A stretch of 64,000 nucleotides of DNA from Candidatus Alkanophaga liquidiphilum (GTDB lineage: Archaea > Halobacteriota > Syntropharchaeia > Alkanophagales > B39-G2): NCBI GenBank assembly GCA_029259535.1, contig JAPHEF010000005.1, positions 97 to 64,096 of the forward strand. Direction: 5' to 3'. This document shows, piece by piece, positions 9,288-18,903 of this stretch. The notes under the pieces are model-generated. The model saw only the letters and a list, made by a program, of their open reading frames with translations. It searched no databases and had not been told where the DNA came from. The first letter of the stretch is position 1. Each line of letters starts with the position of its first letter. A program made the translations under genes and the position numbers.

Positions 9288-11363
9288 TCACCCTTCTTCC
9301 TCTTTAGTTTCCGCGAACATGATTCTTGAGTCCCCGGGCGGCAGCACTTTCGCTATTTCGCCGGGCGCTGCGATTTTGCGCATGAGGCGTTTTTCGACGG
9401 CACTCGCCTTCTCCATGAATATTTCAGATATTTTCTTTGCAAGTTCTGCCTTCTCGCAGTCGCCAGGCACGATTTCCACGAGGTATTTCGCATGGCGTTT
9501 CACGGCTTGCGGCGGACCTGCGACGAGCCACGTCTCCTCGTTGATTTCGATGCCGACGGCGAGGCGGAGCGGCACTTTGAAGTAGCGACGGCGTCCTCTG
9601 ACGATGAAGCTGCCCTTCTTGATGTATTCGCCGCTTTCTGGTGTTTTGCTTACCTGCGTGGCGGCGACACTATAACAGTCAGCTTCTGCGAAGCCGTGTT
9701 TCCACAGCGAGGAGTATGCGGCGGCGAACTGCGCCGCTTCGTGTAACGAACGTTCTGGCACGGGACGCCCCTCGGTTTTCAGAAGCACAACAGGAGCGCC
9801 CGGCGTCTCGGTGTGGAAGAAGAGGTCGTCGTTTTCCATGTGTCGCTTCACCAGTTCTTCGTTCGTCGTGGCGTCCCTACCACCGACGCAGAGGAAGCCG
9901 TCCGACGTTCTGAACCAGCGATAGCGCTCGAACCAGCGCTCTCGGCGCTTCACTCTGCGTTGCGGGTAGAGCTCCGCCGCCTTGGTTTTAAGCAACTCCT
10001 GCTCCAATTCCTCTTCCAGCCGTTCCATTTTTGCACGAACTTCCAGAATTGCCTTTTTGACGCCCTCTTTCTTTCGCCGTAGCGTCTTCGCCTCCTCGTA
10101 ATACCGCTGAGCGCTCCGCTGCACGACTTTATGGACTTGCGGCGGTGTCAGCCCGCCCTTTAAAAATGTATCAAAAAACTCGCCAAGCTCAAGCTCTAAC
10201 GCAAAGCCATTCAGCGTTGTTTCCGCCCGTCGTGCTTTTCTGTCGGTTTTGACATTTGCGGTCGCCGATGCGCCGGCGGCAAGCACAGCCTCAACGTCGG
10301 CGTAGTGCGTGTAAAGAGCTTCTGCTTTTTCGATACATGCCGCTTCGCCAGCTTCAAGCTCTTTCAACGCTCGCTCTTGCTCCCCTAAGATTCTTTGGTA
10401 TTTCTCCAGCTTCTCACTTTTCAAGCCCTCAAGCTCGCCACGCACCGTCTCCACGGTGGCAACGGTGAAAAACTCATCAAGCGCCTCGTTGAAGCTTTCA
10501 AATGGTATTTTGCGATTGTTCTCATAAACTCGCAGCTCGAACGGCAGGACAGCTTCGTATTTTTCCCCCTTCATGGCGGCGAGAACGACGTGCGGCTTAA
10601 GTTCATTGCGCAGGAGCGGCGAGAAAAGTTGAACGATGACGGCGTGCAGCGTCTTAACTTGCTCATCACTGAGGCTTGCTGCGTTCGTGTTCTTTTCAAT
10701 CCCTGCCCGCAGGCAAACTTCTTCGGCAAAGATGCCACCGAGGTTGAGCTGCGTGGCGAGCGCCCTGACGACGTCCTTCTTTGATGCCTTAAGAACTTCT
10801 TTTAGCGTCGCCTCGTCGATGCCCAGCGGGCTCGGTCTCGGAGGCGGGAATTCGTAACGCTTGCCCCGCTTGAGCGCTCGTGCTGAGAACTCGACGGTCT
10901 TCAGCGGCAGGAGTATGCAGCGGTCCTCGTCAAGAAGCACGATGTTGCCCTTCGGCAAAAGCTCGGCGACGAGCGTCAGAGTCTTCCTCTCGCCCTCAGC
11001 CCAAGTCTCAACGTCAATGAGAATTATTCTGTCGAAGTCGTGCTGGCGAATCGCAGAGATGCGTCCGCCGCCGATGTGCTTGCGCAGGAACATTGCGAAG
11101 TTCGACGGGAACTTCGGCGAGGGCTTTGGATACTTCGTAAGATGGAAGCGTCTACCAGCCTCGATGATTAAGTCCAACGAGCCTTTTTCCTTATGGTGGA
11201 GCCGCAACCGAATCTCGGTAGGGCTGTGCTGGTATGCCTTTTCGATTCTTGCACCTTTGAGCCACTGAAGCTCGCTGACAACCGCTGCGACATCGGCGCT
11301 GCTCATCCCTTGTTTCATGTTTATAAGTTGGCGGGCAGCAGAAATCTCTTTACCCTGCTGCAC
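9288..11363 (-). CDS. NFACT-family RNA-binding protein (Rqc2/NEMF/FbpA homolog, ribosome quality control)
   Basis: Length around 690 aa. N-terminal NFACT-N-like MSSADVAAVVSEL. Coiled-coil middle. C-terminal DUF814-like region. The biological start may be the internal Met at about 11306 (the ORF starts on GTG). Confidence 0.75.
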   Translation of the reverse strand: MQQGKEISAARQLINMKQGMSSADVAAVVSELQWLKGARIEKAYQHSPTEIRLRLHHKEKGSLDLIIEAGRRFHLTKYPKPSPKFPSNFAMFLRKHIGGGRISAIRQHDFDRIILIDVETWAEGERKTLTLVAELLPKGNIVLLDEDRCILLPLKTVEFSARALKRGKRYEFPPPRPSPLGIDEATLKEVLKASKKDVVRALATQLNLGGIFAEEVCLRAGIEKNTNAASLSDEQVKTLHAVIVQLFSPLLRNELKPHVVLAAMKGEKYEAVLPFELRVYENNRKIPFESFNEALDEFFTVATVETVRGELEGLKSEKLEKYQRILGEQERALKELEAGEAACIEKAEALYTHYADVEAVLAAGASATANVKTDRKARRAETTLNGFALELELGEFFDTFLKGGLTPPQVHKVVQRSAQRYYEEAKTLRRKKEGVKKAILEVRAKMERLEEELEQELLKTKAAELYPQRRVKRRERWFERYRWFRTSDGFLCVGGRDATTNEELVKRHMENDDLFFHTETPGAPVVLLKTEGRPVPERSLHEAAQFAAAYSSLWKHGFAEADCYSVAATQVSKTPESGEYIKKGSFIVRGRRRYFKVPLRLAVGIEINEETWLVAGPPQAVKRHAKYLVEIVPGDCEKAELAKKISEIFMEKASAVEKRLMRKIAAPGEIAKVLPPGDSRIMFAETKEEEG

Positions 11364-11820
11364 AAACTAAGAAGCTACCATGAGTTAAGGCATGGACATG
11401 AAGCCGCGTTACCGTTATCGAACTAAGGTTATTAAGGTCGTTGATGCGATGCGCCCGACGTAGAGATCGGTTATTTTGCTGACGTGGACTCTCCTGAAAT
11501 TCACGCCGAAGAGAAGAGGAGTGAGGAGTATGCAGCGGGGCTCAGGGCGAAGAAATATGTAGAGCAGCGGCTCGCCGAGAACGGCAATGAATGCCTCGTA
11601 AAAACGGAAAAGCGAGCGGGGAGTGGCAGTGCTGGTCGCCACCGTTTACCTCAAAGATTCAGAAAAGTCGCTAAGCAAGGAGCTTCTGGGGGAAGGACCT
11701 GCCCACCGCCCAGCGAGCGGGGCGTCGTGGCTAACTTTGGGGCGCATGGGACAAACTGGGTGTAGCGCAGTAAGTATACAGAACGATAAGCTGCTTAAAC
11801 TGCACACCGCTCCCTGCGCG

Positions 11821-12603
11821 CTACGTCGCCCCCACGATCATTTTCATGATTTTCCTAACGGCGACGGATGCCGAGGAGTCTTCAGGGAGGTCGACGACGG
11901 GTTTTCCGAGGAGGTCAAACTCCGCGACCTTTGGGTCGTAAGGTATGATTTCGTGGAGTTCGATGCCGTGCTTCCTCGCTTCCTCCCTTACCTTCGCTTC
12001 AAGCCCCTCGGGAATTCTGTTCGCCACGTTTATTATCTTCTTGATGGCTATGTCAATCTCATCAGTTAGTTTTCTGATGCGGAGCGCCGTCAATATCCCT
12101 TTGACGGTTGCGTCCGTGATGACGAGCATGATGTCCACGTCTCTCGTCGTGCGGCGGCTGAGGTGTTCGAGCCCTGCTTCGCAGTCAATGACCGTGTAGT
12201 CATAATTCTTTGAAAGCGTGTCTATGACCATTCTAATGATGTGATTGACCGGGCAGTAGCAGCCCGGACCCTCAGGGCGCCCCATGACCAGCAGGTCGTA
12301 ATGGTCGCCCTCGTAAATTATTTCCATGATTTTGCCCTCGAATTCTCGGCGCTTGTCGCCGGTGACGCTCTTTTCCTCCAGCAACGCCTCTCGCATTTCG
12401 CCGACGCTCGCCGCGATGCTCACGCCGAGCGCATCCGGGAGGTTGGAGTCGGGGTCGGCGTCTATTGCTAAGATGCTGGCGTCTGGGAACTCCTTGCTTA
12501 GTTCCCTTATCAGGAGCGCCGCAACCAATGTTTTCCCAGTGCCTCCCTTCCCTGAAATTCCAATAACGGTGCCCAACGGCATTTTCTTAGCCCTCAAACT
12601 CAC
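11821..12603 (-). CDS. CooC/AcsF-like MinD-family ATPase (metallocentre or nickel-insertion accessory protein)
   Basis: Deviant Walker A GISGKGGTGKT. CxC motif GCYCP characteristic of CooC. Start overlaps the upstream gene stop (ATGA). Confidence 0.7.
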   Translation of the reverse strand: MSLRAKKMPLGTVIGISGKGGTGKTLVAALLIRELSKEFPDASILAIDADPDSNLPDALGVSIAASVGEMREALLEEKSVTGDKRREFEGKIMEIIYEGDHYDLLVMGRPEGPGCYCPVNHIIRMVIDTLSKNYDYTVIDCEAGLEHLSRRTTRDVDIMLVITDATVKGILTALRIRKLTDEIDIAIKKIINVANRIPEGLEAKVREEARKHGIELHEIIPYDPKVAEFDLLGKPVVDLPEDSSASVAVRKIMKMIVGAT

Positions 12604-13637
12604 ACAAGTTCGCTCAACATGCTATCCACAATCTCCCTCAAAAGCCCCTCAGGGTCGTCGTAGTATTTGGAGCCCGCTGCCGGCTTTATCCGCCCGACGA
12701 CTGAAGAGAATGCCATCTCACGCACGTCGTCGAGCGTAGCAACGTTCCGCCCGTCGAGGAGCGCCGCCGCTTGCACCTTCTCATAAAGGGAAATGGCGGC
12801 TCTTGCGGAGGCGCCCTGCTCAAGCTCCTCGCTCCACGGCGGCTCTCTCGTGGCTCGCACGAGCTTTACTATCGCATCAAGCACCTTCCCCGGAACCTCA
12901 ACGCTCTCCAACTGTTTCGCATTCCTCAAAATTATCTCCTTATCTTCCTCTTCAGTTTCAGGATACCCCATCTTCGTGACGTCGAACCTGTCCAAGAGCA
13001 CGTCTGAAAGCTCCTCGACGCCCGCCCGCTCTCTCGGATTCATCGTCGCGATCATGATGAAGTTCGACGGGTAGTCCACATCGTAGGGTCCAATGGTCGC
13101 AATCCCTTCCTCTAAGACTTGGAGCAGGGCGTTCTGCAGCTTCTCAGGCACCCTGTTCAGCTCGTCGAAGAAGACTATGCCCCTGTTTCCCTTCAACAGC
13201 TTCCCGGGCGTGAACGCCCGATAGTCCTGTGGTCCGTATTTAAAGGCTTTCGTTGGGTCGATGTCGCCGAGTAAGTCTTCTGCCGTTAGATCTGGCGAGC
13301 CTTGGATGCGGACGAAGCGTTTTATCCCACTTATTTTTTCGGTTTCCAGAGTCTCGCCACGCTCCTTCATTGCACGACATAGCGGACATACTGGCTCCCC
13401 AGGGTCACAGTGGTAAGGGCAGCCTTTCACCACCTCGATTTCGGGTAGCAGCTCTGCGATGTGTTTTGCGAGCGTCGTCTTCCCAACGCCGGGGTAACCT
13501 TCGATTAGGATGTGATGCCCGGCGAGCAGCGACGATATTATCTTGCGCTTCGCATCTCTCTGCCCAATGATGACGTCCAGCGGGTCCTTCCCATTCCTAA
13601 TATGTTCCAAAATTACCTCTCTAAGGTCTTCCAACAT
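12600..13637 (-). CDS. MoxR-like AAA+ ATPase with an inserted 4-Cys zinc ribbon
   Basis: Walker A GYPGVGKTTLAKHIA. Walker B/sensor VFFDELNRVPEKLQNALLQVLEEG. Insertion CPYHCDPGEPVCPLC between them. Confidence 0.7.
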   Translation of the reverse strand: MLEDLREVILEHIRNGKDPLDVIIGQRDAKRKIISSLLAGHHILIEGYPGVGKTTLAKHIAELLPEIEVVKGCPYHCDPGEPVCPLCRAMKERGETLETEKISGIKRFVRIQGSPDLTAEDLLGDIDPTKAFKYGPQDYRAFTPGKLLKGNRGIVFFDELNRVPEKLQNALLQVLEEGIATIGPYDVDYPSNFIMIATMNPRERAGVEELSDVLLDRFDVTKMGYPETEEEDKEIILRNAKQLESVEVPGKVLDAIVKLVRATREPPWSEELEQGASARAAISLYEKVQAAALLDGRNVATLDDVREMAFSSVVGRIKPAAGSKYYDDPEGLLREIVDSMLSELV

Positions 13638-13648
13638 GCCCCTTACCT

Positions 13649-13878
13649 CTTACAAGATTTCGGCGAGAAAGCTCATGGTTCAAACCATGAGCCGAATCGC
13701 CGATAGTTTTAAATACCTCCTCATCTATCCTATTCCCAGCGAGCTCAGAGCTATATGCTCTGGGTAGGGGCTGAGGTGAGCCAGCCCCGTCGTGAGGCTC
13801 AGGCTCTGGGCAGGTTGCCCTCAAAGAGTCTGAGCTGAGAGGCATGAAGCTCCTGGCTTTAGCCATGGAGTAGCTCAC
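13649..13878 (+). repeat. Conserved intergenic element, copy B (paralog of 5283-5486), with intact long 5' hairpin
   Basis: Hairpin TCGGCGA-GAAA-GCTCATGGTT-CA-AACCATGAGC-CGAA-TCGCCGA. The 3' block GAGGTGAGC pairs with GCTCACCTC at the element end. Confidence 0.6.
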
Positions 13879-14058
13879 CTCTTTCCTCCCTTAACAGATT
13901 TCACCCTCAAATCTTTAGAATGGCACTTCCTGCACCGTTTCGCCCTCATAGCGTTTCGTGCGTTGCAGTTCATGCAAATCTTCACATGCAGCAGCCGACG
14001 CTCAGCCTCTGGGAACCGTGCCATCGCTCCTTCACCTTGACCCTTTTACTATGTTAAG

Positions 14059-15156
14059 CTATAATAGTTCATAAAGGGTATTCCTTTTTCTCGGAATTCT
14101 TCCAGCCTCTCTTATCAGACGCTCAAGCGCCTCAGGACTCATGTATTCGCCAGAGGTCGCCCCCGCCGCCTTAGATATGTTCTCTTCCATTAAGGTGCCT
14201 CCCAAGTCGTTAGCGCCGAAATCGAGCATCTTCTTGGCGCCTTTGGGCGTGAGCTTCACCCACGACGCCTGAATATTGTCACAAAGTCCATGGAGGACGA
14301 CGCGGGCAAGGGCGTGGACGACTGCGCACTCGAAGAACGAGGGCGCCCGCCCGCCAATCATTCTTCCGAGTTCGTTGTTCTTCGGCATGAAAGGCAGAGG
14401 TATGAACTCCGTGAAACCTTTAGTTTCCTGCTGAATCTTTCTTATTAGGAACAAGTGCTCGATTCTGTGTGCGGCGGTCTCGACGTGCCCGAACATCATC
14501 GTTGCCGTTGTTGGGATGCCGATGCGATGTGCCGCCTTTATTATTTTAACCCACTCCTCAGTCCTCAGCTTCTTAGGGCAGATTTCATGACGCACCTTAT
14601 CAACGAGGATTTCAGCAGCAGTTCCTGGCATAGAGTCGAGCCCTGCCGCCTTTAACTCCTCTAAAACGTCCTCGATGCCGAGTTTGGAATTGTCGGCAGC
14701 GTGCTTAACTTCCATCGGCGAGAATGCGTGAATGTGCACGTCGAAATTCTCTTTTATGCGTTCAAGAATTTCGCAATAGTCTTCAATGCAGAAGTCGGGG
14801 TGCAGCCCGCCTTGAATGCAGACTTCGACGGCGCCACGCTCAACCGCTTCCGCTATCTTATTTATGATCTCTTCAATGCCCAAGAGGTAACCCTCACCCG
14901 TCTTGCGTCTGAAAGCGCAGAACTTGCAGCTCCCAATGCAGACGTTCGTGAAATTGATGTTACGATTCACTATGTAGGTGACGACGTCGCCGCACGCCGC
15001 CCTTCGAAGCTCGTCAGCAATTCTGAACAGCAAATGCGGGTTTTTAACTAAAAACATGGCGTCGTTCTTCGTGACGTCGCCTTTCCTCACTCTCTCGTAA
15101 AGCGTCTCTGCCGCCGCCACGCAGGCGGCAGCCGCCACCGCTCTCACGCTTACCAT
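14059..15156 (-). CDS. cofH: Radical SAM enzyme of the CofH/CofG/MqnC family (likely FO synthase subunit CofH)
   Basis: CIGSCKFCAF radical SAM motif preceded by NRNINFTNVC. About 365 aa. CofD also lies in the window, supporting an F420 context. Confidence 0.65.
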   Translation of the reverse strand: MVSVRAVAAAACVAAAETLYERVRKGDVTKNDAMFLVKNPHLLFRIADELRRAACGDVVTYIVNRNINFTNVCIGSCKFCAFRRKTGEGYLLGIEEIINKIAEAVERGAVEVCIQGGLHPDFCIEDYCEILERIKENFDVHIHAFSPMEVKHAADNSKLGIEDVLEELKAAGLDSMPGTAAEILVDKVRHEICPKKLRTEEWVKIIKAAHRIGIPTTATMMFGHVETAAHRIEHLFLIRKIQQETKGFTEFIPLPFMPKNNELGRMIGGRAPSFFECAVVHALARVVLHGLCDNIQASWVKLTPKGAKKMLDFGANDLGGTLMEENISKAAGATSGEYMSPEALERLIREAGRIPRKRNTLYELL

Positions 15157-15197
15157 CGCACCGTGATATTTATTGAGGGTAAATAAAAACTAAGAGG

Positions 15198-17585
15198 ATG
15201 AACCTTTACACGAGGCTTGAAAGCTGTCCTAAAGTTTACAGGGTTAACGTATGTGATGCAACCGACGCTGCCCTCATGAAAATAAACGAAGAGCTGGCAC
15301 TTGCGTTGAATTTAGATGAGATGCGTAGGATTAAGGAGCACTTCTTGGCGAAGGGTAGGAATCCAACGGACGTAGAACTTCAGAGCATAGCACAGGCGTG
15401 GAGCGAGCACTGCTGCTACAAAAGCTCGAAGCTCATACTCAAAAAATTCATCTTCGGTATAGAAGCGCCGCAGAATGTCTTAGTCGTCGTGGAGGACGCC
15501 GGCGTCGTGGCGTTCGACGACGAGCACGTCTACGTTGTGGGCTTCGAGAGCCACAACCATCCTTCGGCGCTCGAACCCTACGGTGGTGCCGCCACCGGCG
15601 TCGGCGGCATCATCAGAGACGTCGTCTGCATGGGCGCACAGCCTGTAGCGCTGATAGACGCTCTTTTTTTCGGTCCCCTGGACTACGATTACGAAAAGCT
15701 CCCGGAGGGCGTCAAGCACCCGAGGTTCCTCTTTGACGGCGTCGTCGCCGGCATCCGAGACTACGGGAACCGCATCGGGATTCCAACGTGCGCAGGTATG
15801 CTTTTCTTCGACGAGGGCTACATGGGCAACTGCCTCGTGAACGTCGGCTGCGTGGGCGTCGCAAGCAAGAAAAACGTGCGGCGGAGCGTCGCACGCCCCG
15901 GCGAGCTTTTAGTGCTCGTCGGCGGGCGAACGGGGCGTGATGGCATCCACGGCGTCACATTCGCCTCTACGGAGCTCACAGGCGACGAGGCGCTGCGGAG
16001 CGCCGTTCAACTCGGCGACCCGATAATGAAGGAGCCGCTCATGCACGCGATTCTCGACGCAAACGCCGCAGGGCTGATAAATGGAATGAAGGACTTAGGC
16101 GGCGGCGGGCTTTCGTGCGTCGTCTCTGAGATGTGCGCCGCCGGGAATTGCGGCGCCGTCGTCTTTCTTGACAGAGTACCTCTGAAGGAGGCGAGTTTGA
16201 AGCCTTGGGAGATTTGGGTCTCAGAGTCACAGGAGCGTTTCATGCTTGCTGTCGCTCCTGAGAATCTGGAGGAGCTCTCAAGCTTTTTTGAGAAGTGGGA
16301 CGTGCCTTTAACAGTCGTCGGCGAGACCATCAAGGAAAAAGTCATAAGGCTCTTCTACAAGGACGTGAAAGTTTTTGAGATGGAAACAGACTTTTTAGTG
16401 GGCAGTGTCGTTTACGAGCGGCATTGTGAGTTCAGGCAAGACGAAATCAAACGCATGGAGCAAGATCCGAAGCTCAAGGAGCCTAAAGATTACACCGAGA
16501 TTCTTTTGAGCTTGCTGGCGTCGCCGAATATTGCGTCAAGAGAGCACGTAGTAAGACAATACGACCACGACGTCAGGGCTTCGACGATAATAAAGCCGTT
16601 GCACGGCATAATCGGGAAGGAGACGCACGGTGATGCCGTCGTGATCAAACCCTTGGAGGAGTCATGGAGGGGGCTCGCAATTGCCGCGGACGTCAACCCC
16701 GCTTACACGAGAATAAATCCTTTCTGGGGCGCCGCCTCTGCGGTTGACGAGGTTTGCAGGAACTTGGTAGCGGTGGGAGCGTTGCCGCATTCGCTGGCTG
16801 ACTGCCTGAACTTCGGGAATCCTGAAAAGCCGGACAGGATGGGCGACTTCTACGAGTGCTGCCGCGGCTTAGGCTACGTTGCCCGTGCGTTGCGCCTGCC
16901 TTTCGTATCCGGCAACGTGAGCTTTTACAATGAGTTCGTCGCGCTTGACCGCCCAATACCGCCGACGCCGACCGTTCTCGGCATTGGAATCGTAGAGGAT
17001 GTGCGGAAGTGCGTTTCCGTGGATGCAAAGCGTGCAAGAAACGTTATTTACATCATAGGCGAGACGAAAAAGGAGCTTGGCGGCAGCGAGTATTACAGGC
17101 TCAGGGGCGTGCGGTTCGAGCGTGGCGAGAAATGCGGCGTCGTGCCGAGGACGAATCCCGAGACGCTGCGTAAGAGGATTGGAGTTTTAAGGCGTTTAAT
17201 TTTGGAGGGATTCGTGGAGAGCTGCCACGACGTTTCCGAGGGCGGGCTTGCAGTAGCTGCGTGCGAGATGCTGTTTGGCGGTTGTTTGGGCGTCGAGCTC
17301 GACGTCTCGCCGCTCCGCATGGAACGCAGCGACTTTAAGCTTTTCTCAGAGTCAAATACGAGGTGGCTCGTCGAGGTGCGTCCTGAGAAGCAAAGCGAGT
17401 TTGAGGACATCTTGATGCAGGAGAGTGTCTATTTCAGGGAGCTTGGCGTGCTGCGGAGCGAGCCCGTGATTTTAATACGGAACGGGAGTGGGGAGCTTGT
17501 GGACATGCCGCTTGAAGCTGCGAGGGCGGCGTGGAGAAGTGCGCTCGAGCGGCAGCGCGTTCGGCACGATATTGATTCGTTGTGA
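15198..17585 (+). CDS. purL: Phosphoribosylformylglycinamidine synthase II
   Basis: AIR-synthase-related duplicated domains. Conserved N-terminus YRVNVCDATDAALMKINEELALALN... 795 aa. Confidence 0.9.
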   Translation: MNLYTRLESCPKVYRVNVCDATDAALMKINEELALALNLDEMRRIKEHFLAKGRNPTDVELQSIAQAWSEHCCYKSSKLILKKFIFGIEAPQNVLVVVEDAGVVAFDDEHVYVVGFESHNHPSALEPYGGAATGVGGIIRDVVCMGAQPVALIDALFFGPLDYDYEKLPEGVKHPRFLFDGVVAGIRDYGNRIGIPTCAGMLFFDEGYMGNCLVNVGCVGVASKKNVRRSVARPGELLVLVGGRTGRDGIHGVTFASTELTGDEALRSAVQLGDPIMKEPLMHAILDANAAGLINGMKDLGGGGLSCVVSEMCAAGNCGAVVFLDRVPLKEASLKPWEIWVSESQERFMLAVAPENLEELSSFFEKWDVPLTVVGETIKEKVIRLFYKDVKVFEMETDFLVGSVVYERHCEFRQDEIKRMEQDPKLKEPKDYTEILLSLLASPNIASREHVVRQYDHDVRASTIIKPLHGIIGKETHGDAVVIKPLEESWRGLAIAADVNPAYTRINPFWGAASAVDEVCRNLVAVGALPHSLADCLNFGNPEKPDRMGDFYECCRGLGYVARALRLPFVSGNVSFYNEFVALDRPIPPTPTVLGIGIVEDVRKCVSVDAKRARNVIYIIGETKKELGGSEYYRLRGVRFERGEKCGVVPRTNPETLRKRIGVLRRLILEGFVESCHDVSEGGLAVAACEMLFGGCLGVELDVSPLRMERSDFKLFSESNTRWLVEVRPEKQSEFEDILMQESVYFRELGVLRSEPVILIRNGSGELVDMPLEAARAAWRSALERQRVRHDIDSL

Positions 17586-17603
17586 AAAGGAAAACTGGCG
17601 GCT

Positions 17604-18743
17604 TCATTTTCTTTTCCACGAGTATGCAATGGCGCCGGCGACCACGCTTGCGACTGCTACGAGCACAACGACCATTAATGCGTGTGTCCCTTCCGAGCTT
17701 GCCGTCGGCACCGCCCGCTGTCCAATCGAGACATATTCGATTTTAGAAAACAGGTTGCCATCCTCATCTTTATATTCTATGACGAGCGGCACCTCCGAGA
17801 CGCTCCCCGTCGCTTTCACGTGCAGCTCGAAGCTGCTGAAGTCGTCAGGATTGAGCAGCCCCACGAAATAGGCTTTGTAGGGATGCACGCCTTCGACGCC
17901 TTCCGCCGTGCCGACTCGCATGACCACGCTTCTCGCCGCCTCTAAGCCTGCGTTATTGATGTCGCCTGTGATTTTAAAGGAGTTAGCACCCGTCGCTTCC
18001 ACCTCTATCCCCGTGAGGACGAGCTCCACGCCCTTTTTGCTCTCCGCCACGTTCAAGGGGACGTTCAACACCATCGAATGCGAGTTGTCGCCGTTTCTAA
18101 ATTCCAACCTGAAATTCAGAACGCAAACGCCCATCATTTGAGGCGTGAAGTTGAAAGAAATAACCCCTGCTTCATCGGGCGGCAACTCCCCTATAAAGAC
18201 CTCTGAAGGAACAATGTTCTCGCTTTCGGCAACGACACGCACGCCCGTAGCAGCATTCAGTCTCGGATTTCCAACAGCAAGCTTGATTTCTGTGCGCTCT
18301 CCCACAAAGATATCCTCTGGGACGTTCTCGACACTTATGGTTAGCGGAGTGCTGTCCACCTGCACCGGTATCGAATATCTCACGGTCTCAGCTTCTTCCG
18401 TCTCCACTAAAATCTTGGGGTAGTAGATGCCGTCGGGGCATGTAGCGCGGACGGTGAACGTGAAGGTTATGCTCTCTCCGGGTCCCAGCCGCCCGACGTT
18501 CAGGAAGGGCTTGCTCAAGACTTCGATTTCACGGCTGAGCATGCAGACCTCCTTCAAATACACGCTCCTTGCCATCTCCATGTTCTTCACCGTCACGGTC
18601 ACCGTGCCGATGTCGCCCTGCATGAGAACCTCCGGGCTTACCCAGTAATCTGTGACCATGATTGCTGATTTCTGCGCATCTTCGGCATGTGCGCAGCCCG
18701 TCATGCCCCATGCCACCACGACTAAAAGCAAGAAGGAAAGCAT
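17604..18743 (-). CDS. Cell-surface protein with signal peptide and C-terminal TM anchor (CARDB/DUF11-like beta-rich ectodomain)
   Basis: Start chosen at the internal Met MLSFLLLVVVAWGMTGCAHAED (signal peptide). C-terminal VVVLVAVASVVAGAIAYSWKRK. The ORF-track N-terminal extension is low-complexity and overlaps a tandem repeat. Confidence 0.55.
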   Translation of the reverse strand: MLSFLLLVVVAWGMTGCAHAEDAQKSAIMVTDYWVSPEVLMQGDIGTVTVTVKNMEMARSVYLKEVCMLSREIEVLSKPFLNVGRLGPGESITFTFTVRATCPDGIYYPKILVETEEAETVRYSIPVQVDSTPLTISVENVPEDIFVGERTEIKLAVGNPRLNAATGVRVVAESENIVPSEVFIGELPPDEAGVISFNFTPQMMGVCVLNFRLEFRNGDNSHSMVLNVPLNVAESKKGVELVLTGIEVEATGANSFKITGDINNAGLEAARSVVMRVGTAEGVEGVHPYKAYFVGLLNPDDFSSFELHVKATGSVSEVPLVIEYKDEDGNLFSKIEYVSIGQRAVPTASSEGTHALMVVVLVAVASVVAGAIAYSWKRK

Positions 18744-18903
18744 AGCGAACGTGCGGCGCCACGTGCTGAGGTTTGAGCTGTTGTTGAAAACTGAGCAGCT
18801 GTTGTTGAAAACTGAGCAACCGAAACTTTTACCTAAGCCGTTACTGTTGCACGAGCCGCTGTTGCCAAGAACACCGCCCGCAGCCAGCATTAAACTACCC
18901 CCG

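Noticed and set aside
11484-11765. 93-aa ORF in the long Rqc2-CooC intergenic region
   Set aside because: G/R/S-rich tail and no hydrophobic core pattern. The region is better considered non-coding or ncRNA.
18777-18818. CRISPR array
   Set aside because: It is only a two-unit perfect tandem duplication with no spacers. No repeat-spacer arrays were seen anywhere in the window.
17604-18890. N-terminal 49-aa extension of the surface-protein ORF (MLAAGGVLGNSGSCNSNG...)
   Set aside because: It is low complexity and overlaps a 21-bp tandem repeat. An internal Met gives a textbook signal peptide (MLSFLLLVVVAWGMTGCAHA), so the start is placed at 18743.
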